A DNA stretch of 64,000 bases, from assembly GCA_030704615.1 (NCBI GenBank), contig CM060733.1:74896001-74960000 (forward strand). The letters are read 5' to 3'. This DNA is from Takakia lepidozioides. Its lineage: Eukaryota > Plantae > Bryophyta. Under the pieces are notes generated by a model that was not told the origin of the DNA, did not search any database, and saw only the letters and a list, made by a program, of their open reading frames with translations. This document shows, one piece after another, positions 1 through 12,522 of this stretch. Within the stretch, counting starts at the first letter, position 1; each line of letters begins with the position of its first letter. The position numbers and the translations under genes were made by a program.

Positions 1-3000
1 TAGATGAGTAGCAAGGTTTTCTGCAGCAGGGCTTCCAACAGTCTTCATGTGGAAAGGGTTTGCTCGAAGATGATGACTATAATTGGAGAAAAATGGAGTT
101 TGCTTGGTCGAAGAATGTATAGTGTTGTTGTAGGCAAACTCAGCCAATGACAGAAGGTCCGTCCAATTATCTTGGTGATAATTTATCGTACAACGAAGAT
201 ACTGCTCCAAAATCTGGTTTACACGTTCGGTTTGACCGTCAGTCTGTGGAAGATTAGCTGTAGAGAGGTTGATCTTAGTATCCAATATGTGAAATAATCC
301 CTTCCAGAAATTTGATATGAACTGTGGTCCTCGATCAGATATGATGTCCTTCGGGAGTCCATGAATGCGGTAGATATTATTGAGGAAGAGTCTTGCAGTT
401 TTCTCGCCGGTAACCGTCTTATTACATGGAATGAAATGTGTCATCTTCGTAAAACGATCTACAATAACAAGGATTGAATCGGTGCTCTTGGAAATTAGAA
501 GGTCCGTAATAAAGTCCATAGACACGGACGACCATGGACCCTCGGGAATGGGTAATGGTTGAAGAAGACCGTAAGGTCGATGTCGTGGTCCCTTCGCTCT
601 AGCACACGTGTCACAAGATTTTATGAATTCTTTCACGTGTTTCCACATCTGCGGCCACCAATAGTCCCTGGATATCAACTCCAATGTTTTATTGAAGCCG
701 AAATGTCCTGCAGCCGGAAGATCATGACATGTTTGAAGAATTCGAAGTCGTGTAAGTCCTAGAGGTATATAGAGAAATCCCTTGAAGTAAAGTAAGTCAT
801 CTTTGAATTCGAAGATTCTATAGAAATTTGCAAAGCCCAGAAAACATTGTACATCTCGGATCGAAGTTGGTTTAATCCACTCGATGATGGTTTGTATTTT
901 TCTTCTGATCCATAAAGACGCATTTGTCGGAAATAATGTAGCCCAGAAATTCGACCAAGATTGATGGAAAAGACATTTCTCCAACTTGGCATATAGTCCT
1001 CTTTCTCTTAATTTATCAAGGACAAGGCGTACATGGTGGCCATGTTCTTCTTCATTATGTGAAAATATCAAAATGTCGTCCAAATAGATGACTACAAAGT
1101 CATCTAAAATTTCTCGAAAGATGTCATTCATCATATGTTGGAAAATTGCTGGAGCATTGGTAAGACCGAAAGGCATAACACTGTATTCAAAATGTCCATA
1201 CCTTGTTCGAAAAGCTGTTTTCCATTCGTCTCCTTCTTTTATCCGTACAAGGTTTATAGGCTCCTCTCAAGTTGATTTTGGTGAAAATCTTCGCTCGTCC
1301 CAGCTGGTCGAGAAGCCCAGAAATCAGCGGCAACGGATAACGATTCTTGATTGTGACTTTGTTGAGACCGCGATAGTCGACACACATGCGTAATGATCCG
1401 TCCTTTTTTTTCACAAACAAGATAGGCCCCCGCGGGTGATTTTGAATGTCGGATAAAGTGCTTCGACAAATTTTCATCAATGTATTCACGTAACACAGCC
1501 AACTCCGTCTGGGATAAGTTATAGATTGGGCCGAATAGTGGTTGGGCTCCTTCTTGTAACTCAATTGCACAGTAATAAGGTCGATATTCTGGCAACATGT
1601 CTGCATTTTTCTTCTCGAAGACATCATCTTTGAAATCTTGATATTGAGCGAGTAATGTTGAAGTACCTTTGTCTGTTGTGGTCTTGATCGGAGTCGCATA
1701 AAGTGCAAATGCCGCCTCCTTTTTGGTAGTACTCATGAAAGTTTTAGCTCCAAGGAATAGGGGTTGAATACCTTTGATATTTCTACATTTTTGTCTTGCA
1801 AAAAAATTTCGCGATCGCCAGTCGATGTCGGGATTGTGAAGTACGAACTAGGGAAGTCCAAGGATCACAGGATTCATTGGAGACTGGATGACATTGAAAA
1901 CATTATGTGATGCTTGATCTTTAAGCTTCACTTCAAGTGGTCGAGTTTCATGGTCCACATTTCCTGATGCTAACGGTGTCGTCCATCGATGACTTCAACG
2001 GGGGCCGAGAGTTTTCTTCTTTACGAGTGTTAAATTGTGTTGTTTCGCAAAGTTTTTGTCCATAAAACAAGCTGAAGCTCCTGAGTCCAAAAGAGCTTCT
2101 ACAACGATATCTCGATTTTACACTCTGATTTTTACCGGAACTGTGAAGCAAGGTGCAGGGTCTGGAGATAGAAAAAGACATTTTTTCGGTAAGGAATTTG
2201 TGGAGTCCAGCCGCATGGTCCCTATTGCGACTGGACATCGTCGTTTTCCGACCTCCTCGTATCGAACACTTGAGTTGTGCCCCGAGATTTGAATCTTCTC
2301 TTGTTGGGGCAGTTCAATGCTATGTGATCTTCTTATCCGCAATAGAGGCATAATCCATTCGAGCGCGCCGTCTTTGTTTTTTGTTGTGGCGTCAATGGTT
2401 TGAATCGGACAGCATCAATCTGCATAGGATCACTACTGGATGTCTGATGGATCGTTGTATTTGGTGTCGTAGTAGCAGTGACATGATGCGTCGTCGACCA
2501 TCCAAATCGCTTCTCTTGACGTCTTTCGAACAAACGATTATCGCATGCAATGACTTGGGTGATGAATTCACTCAGTGTGCTCACGTTTGGAATTGTCAGC
2601 AACAAATCTTTTACATCATCTTTTAGTCCACATTGAAACTGATTAATGAGACTCTTCTCATTCCAGTCGAGGTCGCACGCAAGTTGTCGAAATTCGGCAG
2701 CATAAACGGAAGCAGGACGTGCTCCTTGTCGAAGATTTTGCATTTTTGTTTCTGCAACTCTCTCTCTATCATTCTCTCCAAACGTTGCAGTGAACTCGGA
2801 CATGAATGCTTCAAAATTATATAGTAAATGCGAATTTTTTTCTAATAGCAGTGCAAACCAAGATAGGGCAGTGCTTGATAGAATGGTGCCCACGAATCCC
2901 ACTTAAATACCTTCATCGGGGTAGCGTTGTAGATGTAGTCGTAGGAACAGTCGTACTTGTTGAACAAAACCGCGAAATTTTGATCTCGTCCCATCAAATT

Positions 3001-3277
3001 TTTCGGGCATGCTGATATTTGGTTCTCTCATAATCTGTTAAGAGAACCGTTGCAGTAGGAACTAGGAACTATGGTTGAAGATCCATTGTTCGACTCATTT
3101 AACTCTGAAATTTGTTGTTGCAAATTGTGGAGAGCGTTGCCAAGATCTTGAGAGTGACTAGCTTGCAATTGGGCAGTAGATGTACGAAGTTCTTGCATCT
3201 GAAGCTGAAGACTCTGCAATGTGGTGACCATTTCCGCAAATGTGCCTTCCATCTTAACTAACTGAAGAACAAACTTT

Positions 3278-3288
3278 AGTCTCGCCAA
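3278..3288 (-). promoter_or_regulatory. Self-priming primer binding site (Tf1-type, 11 nt)
   Basis: In element sense the PBS reads TTGGCGAGACT. It is exactly complementary to AGTCTCGCCAA at 3550-3560, about 23 nt downstream of the TATA box (predicted transcript 5' end). No tRNA-Met PBS is present. Confidence 0.75.
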
Positions 3289-3290
3289 AC

Positions 3291-3939
3291 TATCAAGGAC
3301 GAGAACATGACTGAACACAAACAAGAGATAAAACTAGAGGTACAATGCTAGACAAGAAGTCAAGGTCGGCGTGGCCGAATGCACGATGAGTTAATAGGAA
3401 TCAAGACGATCTTTATAACTATGAACAAGAGTACGAGATATTGGAACACGACTTGAATACTGGAATGCTGGAAACTGGACTGGAGTACACCATACTGGAA
3501 ATTGGGCTAGAGTACTGGGAACTGGAAACAAGAGTAGCTTGAACTGGTGTTGGCGAGACTGAAGAGTATCTAGTCTCGCCTCCTATATATACTGGCTACT
3601 AAGAAGATTCCCCAATAAGCTTCCCCAAGAAGCTTCCCCTATGGAGGTTTCTTGCTGGAGAAGTTTCCAAGATTAAACAAAGGTCTCTTGATGGAGAAGC
3701 TTCCTTAAACAAAGGAGGTATCTTGATGGAGAAGTTTCCTCCAAAGGAGACTTCCTGAGTAGTTTTCCAACTTACTCTTGGTAATTTGGTAAACTCCCGG
3801 TAACTTGGTAAGTAATGGTAAATAAATCATGGTAGAGTCATGGTAAGTCATGGTAAAGTTGGTAACTTTCGGTAACATGGTACCTTGGTAACTTCTGGTA
3901 TTTACTCCTGGTAAGTTCTTCTGGGCTATGTCCGTGACA
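3291..3939 (-). repeat. 5' LTR (~650 bp) of the gypsy element
   Basis: Imperfect terminal inverted repeats TATCAAGGAC (3291) ... GTCCGTGACA (3939). TATA box (TATATATA) at ~3584-3591. Lies directly upstream of the PBS and gag on the minus strand. Confidence 0.8.
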
Positions 3940-3940
3940 G

Positions 3941-5298
3941 CTGCCAGGCCAAAGTGCTCCATCAGCAGCAGCAAAAGATAAGTCAAAAGCAAGCATTGTC
4001 ATGTCAAACCGGGAGCAAGCGGGCCGAAATCGGGGCTGCAAGCAGCATCATGTTCATTTTGCACATCTCCTCATTTGCAAGCTCAAGAGAATTCAAAGTA
4101 GGTAGGGATTCTCACCTGGTCCCATCACAAGCCCCCACAAAAAACCAATGGGTTAGTGAGGATTGTGGAACCCCAGGTGAATCACAGACCCCTACACTTG
4201 TTATCGATGTCAACTAAGAAACCCCAGAGACAAGAGAGCAAGAAGAAGATGAAGTAAAATGAACCCTAATCGCCAAAAACACCTTGAGCGATTGGGGAAG
4301 GTAACACTGCGCCATGGCCACCAACACGCCACCTCCAGCATAGCTAAGGAGAAGCGAAGCATACAAATGCTATGTCTAAGAAGGGAGATGGAGCGATATA
4401 CTTCCCCACCAAAGTGCCGCTGCAAAACATAAAAGCCAGAGGAGGGAAAAGGATGATGCCATCACAACAGGTTCTCCCGCCTGTGAGAAGAGACAAGACG
4501 CCGCCATTGCGCATCCCCAGGAGCTCGTCCGGCATGAAGCAGCAGGGCTCAGACGCCATAACTCACGAGCTCAGCAGCACAAGAAATGCAGCTGACAGCG
4601 AGAGATACACCCTAGGGCAGAGCCCGATTTTTCATCCGTAGGATGAATAATCGATACCCTTTCTCTTAAGAACCCGACGGAAATCATCCGTTAGCTAGGT
4701 TTATAAGGTAGGAGTTAGGGTTTCACTCCTTAATTAGCAATAACTAAGGGTAATTAGAAAACTCTCCATGGCCATCATAAGCTGCTTTTTTTATCCGGTC
4801 CAGATGAAAAATAAATAGGTTCATTTGTTTGGATGAGGTCCATCAAACATGATGATAATTAGTATCAATCATCCAGGGCAGCGGTTTTTCATCCTAACAG
4901 GTAATTCGTCATCCCTTAAGAGAAAACCTCATCCAGTATGGAAAAAAAAGCGTAAAAGGGGAAATCAAACGAATTCAGATCCTGGTATTTTTCATCCGGC
5001 ATGGATGGAAAAATTATAGATAGGATGCCAGTGTCATAACCCTTATGGAGGTAATTCCTCATTCTCTGGTGACCCATCTGATATAGATGAAAGTCAATAA
5101 AAGAGGAATGAAAAATTATAAGTCATTTTTAAATACTTTAGTGTCCACTCAGGTGATTCTTCCGGTATGGATAGAAGACCTTTACAAGTCGGGTGAAAAC
5201 ACCTTTTAGAGTCCATCTGGTATAGATGGAAAATCATGAAAAGAACACTGATGCAACCGGCTAGTTCTGAGGAGGGAGACAGAGGGAGAGAGGGGGCA
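3941..5298. repeat. ~1.35-kb direct repeat, copy 1 (left boundary set by the gypsy insertion)
   Basis: Near-identical to 8573..9871, apart from small indels. Shadow ORFs 4372..4641 and 8952..9221 are almost identical. Confidence 0.95.
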
Positions 5299-5745
5299 CC
5301 CACCAACCAGCCCCTGGTATGGCAGTCCCTTATGGAGTGAGTGTGGTATGCACTCACCCCGTAAGGGAGTGCATACCAGACCCCTTCATAAGGTTTCTCC
5401 CACTGCAAAAGTAGTTCCAAATCCCCGGACAGGATTGCCAAAAGGGGTTGGAAATCCTACTTCCTCCCCATACCATACATATCAGCCACATGAATAAAAG
5501 AGGACCTGTATACGGCCATGTGGAATTCTTTTTTCAAAGAATAGCAGTTGTTTGTCACTCAAACTGAAAGCATGGATAATCAAACAAGGGACAGATCCTC
5601 TTTAAACCTTGGAATGATATATCGATGATTGTACCACATTGCCATGAGTAGCTAATTAACTACTATGGATGTGGACAACAGTCTGCATAAATCCAGAAGA
5701 GTACTCATGAATGTGCATACAAGTAAATGAAGAGAGCATACCCAA

Positions 5746-7400
5746 TCAGACATCCTTCCAAGACCCGAAATCCCGTTTGCGGATCGGGGAGAAATCCTTT
5801 ATACCCCTCCGGGTCTTGTATGATTCTTGACTGGCAATGTTGATGGTGGAAGTGGAATTAGACCCAGATCCGCCAGGTGTAGAACGGTTGGGTGGTCTGG
5901 TATTTTCAGATGTGTTGGTAGAAGATTGCATCCGGCCAGAGTGTCCACCCCTTTGGTAGAGGCCTCTTCCTCGTACCGGGGGCCTCCTCGGGGAGCGTTG
6001 TTTTTTCCTTGTTGGTGAGGTGTCTGTCCCTCCACACGCTGCCGCTTGTACTTATTAAACTGAGGCTTGGGCTGGCTGTCCGTGAAAGTACCAGGTTTCA
6101 GCATCCTTTCAATGTACCTGGCTGTATTGGAATCACCCAATCTGACAAGTAACTTAGCATTGGGGTCAGCTGCAAATTCACAAGTTGCCTCCATGATGAA
6201 TTCCCGTATCAACTGGAAAGTGATTTGTGCCAGAACGGCAGATCTGGCGGCCTTCATGATCCATACCAGAAAATTGTAATACTTGGTTTGAATAGAAGGG
6301 TATGTATCATCAGGAAGAAGAACACCGTCAGGTTATTCAACATGTACCATACCAAATGGTCAAACCAAGAAACACTTCCAACACAACCAAATGATGCATT
6401 CCCAGACCCACAATTACATCGAATGTAAGGCCTATGCCAGTTAAACAGCTGACTTTTGTGATTCTTAGATCTGGTTGAACCAGTAGGTAAGTCATTTTTG
6501 GTTCACAAGGTCAAGTTCTCACCTTGGTCACAAAGTTTATAGTAAAAGGTCCGTAGAGGCCATGCAAGGGCAATTGGCTCTTTTTTGAACCTTTGGAAGT
6601 TGTCTTTGGCATCCTGTGCACATCGGTTTTGTTCGGTTGGTGTTATGTTGCCCCATTTGACCCACATATCAACCGAAATAGGGGCCAGCATATTGATGTT
6701 GGCCAATGGATGCCACATCATATGGTCATTATTGGCAACCTCAAGCTCAACTGCCCTAGGGGGTAACTAGGGGACGAATTGTTGGTTACCTGGTGTAGCC
6801 CCTGCAACCCGATCCTGTTCCACTTGAGAAGACCCGACCTGATCCAAAAAAGTCTTTTACACAGCCTCCCTTCTCTTCATCCCGTACGTCCCATAAACCC
6901 AAAATTGGGTGATTGCTCACTGTGCGTACAAATTCCTTTTCAACAGTGGTCGAGGACTTCTGGGTGGACACATGTAAGGCATCTTCATTGTTAGCCAGCC
7001 GAAGGGCATCCTCAATCGAGGAGCCTTTCTTTTCCCAAGCAGCAATCTCAGTAGCATCATCTTCCAATACTTCCAGTAACCTAGAATGGTATTTCTGGAG
7101 TTTTTTCCAGCCACCTCCCATTCTTGTTTACCATAATGCCAGAGAGCAACCCAATCCTCCAAGCTAGTTCAAGTAATAAGACAGATCGGTTATCACCAGC
7201 ATCTTCAATAGCTTTAGATTCCAGCCTTTGTACAGCAGCATGAAATTCACCTTATTTGACTTGTGCAAATTGGCTTGCACTGCTGGAATAGGAGGGGGCA
7301 GGGGCAGCTGATATCCAAGGGCCTTAAGCTCATCCTTCCATTCAGATATGGCCTTGTTGGCTTTCAGCCAGGCCATCCAAGCAACTTGTTAATACGTCAC
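5746..7400 (-). pseudogene. Frameshifted coding region of unknown function inside the ~4.6-kb tandem unit
   Basis: Consecutive co-oriented minus ORFs 7164..7376, 6786..7121, 6503..6721 and 5799..6257. A protein-like bridging segment (WHRPYIRCNCG..WFDHL / PDGVLLPDDTYPSIQTKYYNFLVWI) links the last two. No family recognised. Confidence 0.5.
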
Positions 7401-8572
7401 AATGGTGAGGCAAATACAAGAAGGAAAACGGTAGATAGTGTGTACAAAAACCACTAAGTACACTGGAACAGGAAGAGTGGGAAGTATTCATGTCATGTCA
7501 AGACATGGACAAGACCAACTAGGGTCATTGTCAATTAAAGACATAAACAACCCCATGACAGGGCACCATCTACCATTTCCAGTCTTGTCATAACACACCA
7601 AGTGACGCCACCCATTCAGTCATGATAAAACAGGGTGGGAGGGTGGGCTATATTCATAATCAGATTCTTGTCATGTACCCAAGTGACCCTTATGCACAAT
7701 ATAAGTCAGATTGCAGACTCAGATTACATCATCCATAGTTATCCATAAGATATGCACCATGCAATATATCATGGGCATATAAGAGTATCTTGCCACATTA
7801 CAGATCCAGGATATGCACACACAAGTACCTTGAGGTGATCCAAGACAAGCATTATGCAAAGTAGGTAAGAACAGTCTACCTTGCAACACATTCAGTGAGT
7901 GTTCACACTGGCAGCAAGAAGGACCAGCCTGCAATTAATTACACTTTAGGCCTGCCACCAAGTACACTTCTTGGGCAAGGTAAGCCATATTACAGCTTCA
8001 CATTTGGCCAAATGTAAGCACCCCAAAACTTGCATCTTGCACAGCCTTCTGGGTTATAAGAACAATCTGTCATTGTATATATTCAGGACTTGTGCACATA
8101 GGACTCTTGCATGGAAGAAAGGTCTGCCCTGTCACAACATCCAGATCTGGACACACATACACTTTGAGTGTCCAAGACCAAGCCCACTTGGCCAAGATAA
8201 ATCAAACAATGCAGGTGGCTGTTCAAATGGCAAAATAGAGTAAATAATCATTGGCCAGAGTTCTTTAGAGCTTACCGTCATTGTATCACAGGAGGCTAAT
8301 GCCATGTTTTGCAAATAGAACCTCACTATGCTCCATTCCAACAAAAACCAGGTCTGAAAACGGCCTGTCACTGCCTTATTAAGCTGTCTTCTTTAACAAA
8401 ACTCAGGGCTCCTCATCCTTTTAGCAAAACAACCATTTATGACTTGTCCCTTACACCATCAATCCTCTTTTAAGGCCAAAAAGAAGGGGAACCAAGTCTA
8501 AAAATCCATAGGCACAACTGTCAAAGACTCAAGACAAGGTAGGGTTCACATGCAGTGCTGCATGAGACAAGC

Positions 8573-9871
8573 CTGCCAGGCCAAAGTGCTCCATCAGCAG
8601 CAGCAAAAGATAAGCAAGCATTGTTATGTCAAACCGGGAGCAAGCGGGCCGAACTTGGGGTTGCAGGCAGCATCATGTTCCTTTGCACATATCCTCATCT
8701 GCAAGCTCAAGAGAATTCAAAGTAGGTAGGGATCCTCACTTGGTCCCATCACAAGCCCCACAAAACCAATGGGTTAGTGAGGATTGTGGAACCCCAGGTG
8801 AATCACAGACCCCTACATTTGTTATCGATGTCAACTAAATGAACCCTAATCGCCAAAAACACCTTGAGCGATTGGGGAAGGTAACACTGCGCCATGGCCA
8901 CCAACACGCCACCTCCAGCACAGCTAAGGAGAAGCAAAGCATACAAATGCTATGTCTAAGAAGGGAGAGGGAGCGATATACTTCCCCACCAAAGCGCCGC
9001 TGCAAAACATAAAAGCCAGAGGAGGGAAAGGGATGAAGCCATCACAACAGGTTCTCCCGCCTGTGAGAAGAGACAAGACGCCGCCATTGCGCATCCCCAG
9101 GAGCTCGTCCGGCATGAAGCAGCAGGGCTCAGACGCCATAACTCGCGAGCTCAGCAGCACGAGAAATGCAGCTGACAGCGGGAGATACACCCTAGGGCAG
9201 AGCCCGATTTTTCATCCGTAGGATGAATAATCGATACCCTTTCTCTTAAGAACCCGACGGATGTCATCCGTTAGCTAGGTTTATAGAGTAGGAGTTAGGG
9301 TTTCACTCCTTAATTAGCAATAACTAAGGGTAATTAGAAAACTCTCCATGGCCATCATAAGCTGCTTTTTTTATCCGGTCCAGATGAAAAAATAAATAGG
9401 TTCATTTGTTTGGATGAGGTCCATCAGCATGATGATAATTAGTATCAATTATCCAGGGCAGCGGTTTTTCATCCTAACAGGTAATTCGTCATCCCTTAAG
9501 AGAAAGCCTCATCCAGTATGGAAAAAAAAACGTAAAAGGGGAAATAAAATTGAATTCAGATCCTGGTATTTTTCATCCGGCATGGATGGAAAAATTATAG
9601 ATCGGATGCCAGTGTCATAACCCTACCTTATGGAGGTAATTCCTCATTCTCTGGTGACCCATCTGATATAGATGAAAGTCTATAAAAGAGGAATGAAAAA
9701 TTATAAGTCCTTTTTAAAGGTACTTTAGTGTCCACTCAGGTGATTCTTCCGGTATGGATAGAAGACCTTTACAAGTCGGGTGAAAACACCTTTTATAGAT
9801 GGAAAATCATGAAAAGAACACTGATGCAACCGGCCAGTTCTGAGGAGGGAGACAGAGGGAGAGAGGGGGCA
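8573..9871. repeat. ~1.3-kb direct repeat, copy 2
   Basis: Near-identical to 3941..5298. Rich in GGATG/CATCC motifs. Confidence 0.95.
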
Positions 9872-10148
9872 ACAATGAAAAAAAATGGGTTGGGGGGGGG
9901 GTCAGATGGTGGGGGTCAGCTGCAGCATATGTCCAACACCAGATATCATAAGTTAATCGACTCTATATCTTGGAAACAAGACCGCCCACTGACCTGTCAA
10001 ACAGGCTAAGTCCTGGCAGAAGACAGTAGAAGAGATTCTCGAGGACCTGGACCTGGAACCGCAAGTCTTCACCCTGCTGGAAATATGACTTAGAGGCTGT
10101 AGTGTCCAACCATGTCTGTTGCCATGAGATTGTCTGATGAAAATGAAG

Positions 10149-11504
10149 TTAGGCAAAAAAGTTCAGCCATGCAGGTTTCTTGTAGCTATCCTTCCACAGG
10201 GAATCATAAGTAATGTGGAGCTTGAAATCTGGCCCTCTTGGATGACACTCTATCCCTGCTCCTTCAGCTATCCATGCCTCTGCACAGATCATGCATACAT
10301 CCTTGCATTGCTGTTAGCAGCTGACAATGGCAGCCTAGATTTGTTCCAGCTAACACCCAACTCGACTTATCACACTAGTTCCTATTCTCAATTGCATCTA
10401 CCACTCTGTAATCCAAAGGCATTTACCTTCCAAGACGGTTGTCCCACCATTGACTGGGGTCAGAAAAGTATTCATTCCACAACTTCTCTTCTCTGTTACC
10501 TATTTCTGGATACTTTCCTATTGTCACTTTGGTAGTATCATGTCAAAGTCACTCCAAACTATCAAAGGTTCACTCAACCAGCTAACTTGCAGAATTCTTA
10601 AAACATGAAAATTTAGGGCGATTCTGATAAGAGGGGAAAACAAAGTGAAATGTGTTGAAGAAGGTGCATTGATTAGCATTGCCTGATTTTATCAATTGTG
10701 CCGCTGCTGCTGCGGCTTCCAGTTGACCATCTACCCATGCAGGTTTCTTGGAGCTATTTTTCCACAGGGAATCACCCCTTCCCGCATCATTGCTCATAGG
10801 TCTCCAAAGCCTCCATCCACGCCCTTGCTGTGCATATCCTGCAATCATCGCACTCCACGACACCACATCTCGTTCAGCCATATTGTCGAACACTTCCTTT
10901 GCATCCTCGATGCACCCACATTTGGCATACATGCAGTCCACCAGGGCAGTGTTCAGAATGGCATTGGGTACAATTCCAGATTTGACGATGGCACCATGGA
11001 CCTCTTTGCCCTTTTCCAGAGCTCCTAGGCTTGCACATGCATTACAAACAAATGTGATGTGGTTGGGCTTCACCCCTTCACACAGCAGTTGCTCATAGGT
11101 CTCCAAAGCATTCCTACCACACCCCATGTTAAATCCTGCCAACATTATATTCAACGTGATCAAAGTTCGTTGAGGCAATCCGTTGAACACTCGGTGTGCA
11201 TTCATGATGCTCCTGCACTTAACATACATGTTCACAAGGGTGTTGAGGAGAAAAACACTTGGCGTGAATCCACTTTGGATAATGTGAGTGTGCACCTGCT
11301 TTCCAGCTTCCAGACCCTTCATTTTGATGCACTTAAGCAAGAGATAGACATACATATCTGAATCTGCTGAAATGCTCCTTGGTTTAAAGGTTGTAGAGCC
11401 TCTTTCAGTCTGCCTGCCTCACAAAGCATCTTCACATGCCCAGAAGAGCCAGAAGAGGCATTATGGACTCCCTCTCTTGATCCTCTTTTAGAAGTTGTGG
11501 TCAT
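10149..11504 (-). pseudogene. PLS-class PPR pseudogene joined to OSB-type PDF motifs
   Basis: PPR motifs: LCEAGRLKEAL, GKQVHTHIIQSGFTPSVFLLNTLVNMYVKC, MYAKCGCIEDAKEVFDNMAERDVVSWSAMIAGYAQQG. These are followed by GDSLWKNSSKKPAWVDGQL (~10720-10777), EEKLWNEYFSDPSQWWDNRLG (~10430-10492) and HPRGPDFKLHITYDSLWKDSYKKPAWL (~10161-10244). Frameshifts are present. Confidence 0.85.
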
Positions 11505-11527
11505 GGTTGAGGTGCCTGCTTTAAATC

Positions 11528-12522
11528 AGGGCTGCCAGGCCTGCAATGCACACAAACATGATGTGGCCGGGCTGAACCCCTTCCCCCATCATTTGCTCAT
11601 AGGTCTCCAAAGCCTCCATCCCACGTCCTTGTTGTGCATACCCTGCAAGCATCGCACTCCACGACACCACATCTCGTTCAGCCATAGTGTTGAGCACGCC
11701 CTTTGCATCCTCGATGCACCCACATTTTGCATACTGTCCACTAGGGTATTGTTCAAAATGACATTTGGTACAATTCCAGCTCTGAAGGTGTCACCATGGA
11801 CCTCCTTCCCCTTTTCCAGAGCTGCCAGGGCAGTGTTTCGAATGACATTAGGTACAATTCCAGCTTTGATGATATCCCCATGCACCTCTTTGCCCTTCTC
11901 CAGGGCTGCCAGGCCTGCAATGCATACAAACATGATGTGGCCGGGCTGAACCCCTTCCCCCATCATTTGCTCATAGGTCTCCAAGCCTCCATCCCATGCC
12001 CTTGCTGTGCATACCCTGCAAGCATCGCACTCCACGACACCACATCTCGTTCAGCCATAGTGTTGAACACTCCCTTTGCATCCTCGATGCACCCACATTT
12101 TGCATACATGTCCACTAGGGTATTGTTCAAAATGACATTTGGTACAATTCCAGCTTTGAAGGTGTCACCATGTACCTCATTCCCCTTTTCCAAAGCTGCC
12201 AGGGCAGTGTTTCGAATGACATTAGGTACAATTCCAGCTTTGATGATATCCCCATGCACCTCTTTGCCCTTCTCCAGGGCTGCCAGGCCTGCAATACATA
12301 CAAACATGGTGTGGCCGGGCTGGACCCCTTCCCCCATCATTTGCTCATAGGTCTCCAAAGCCTCCATCCCACGTCCCTGCAAGCATCGCACTCCACGACA
12401 CCACATCTCGTTCAGCCATAGTGTTGAACACTCCCTTTGCATCCTCGATGCACCCACATTTTGCATACATGTCCACTAGGGTATTGTTCAAAATGACATT
12501 TGGTACAATTCCAGCTCTGAAG
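11528..12522 (-). repeat. Tandem array (~2.7 x 374 bp) of PLS-PPR coding sequence
   Basis: Unit starts AGGGCTGCCAGGCCTGCAAT at 11528, 11902 and 12276. Encodes ALEKGKEVHGD..MYAKCGCIEDAKGVF..RDVVSWSAML with frameshifts. Confidence 0.9.

Larger units (their letters stand above)
1..3939 (-). mobile_element. Ty3/gypsy LTR retrotransposon (Tf1/Tcn1-like chromovirus type), decayed; 3' part runs off the window start
   Basis: The minus strand gives gag (ATG ~3252; WFALLLE..., CLYCG*EDHIALNCP knuckle), protease (ALLDSGASACF ~2050-2095), RT ([35 protein letters not shown]; YLDD ~1075-1090) and integrase (GHFGFNKT..WWPQMW..CDTC; SMDFIT; SDRGPQF; PQTDGQTER). Domain order is gag-PR-RT-IN, with several frameshifts and stops. 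Confidence 0.95.

Noticed and set aside
3941-9871. LTR retrotransposon with 1.3-kb LTRs
   Set aside because: No TG..CA ends, PBS, PPT or gag/pol motifs, and the left boundary is simply the gypsy insertion point.
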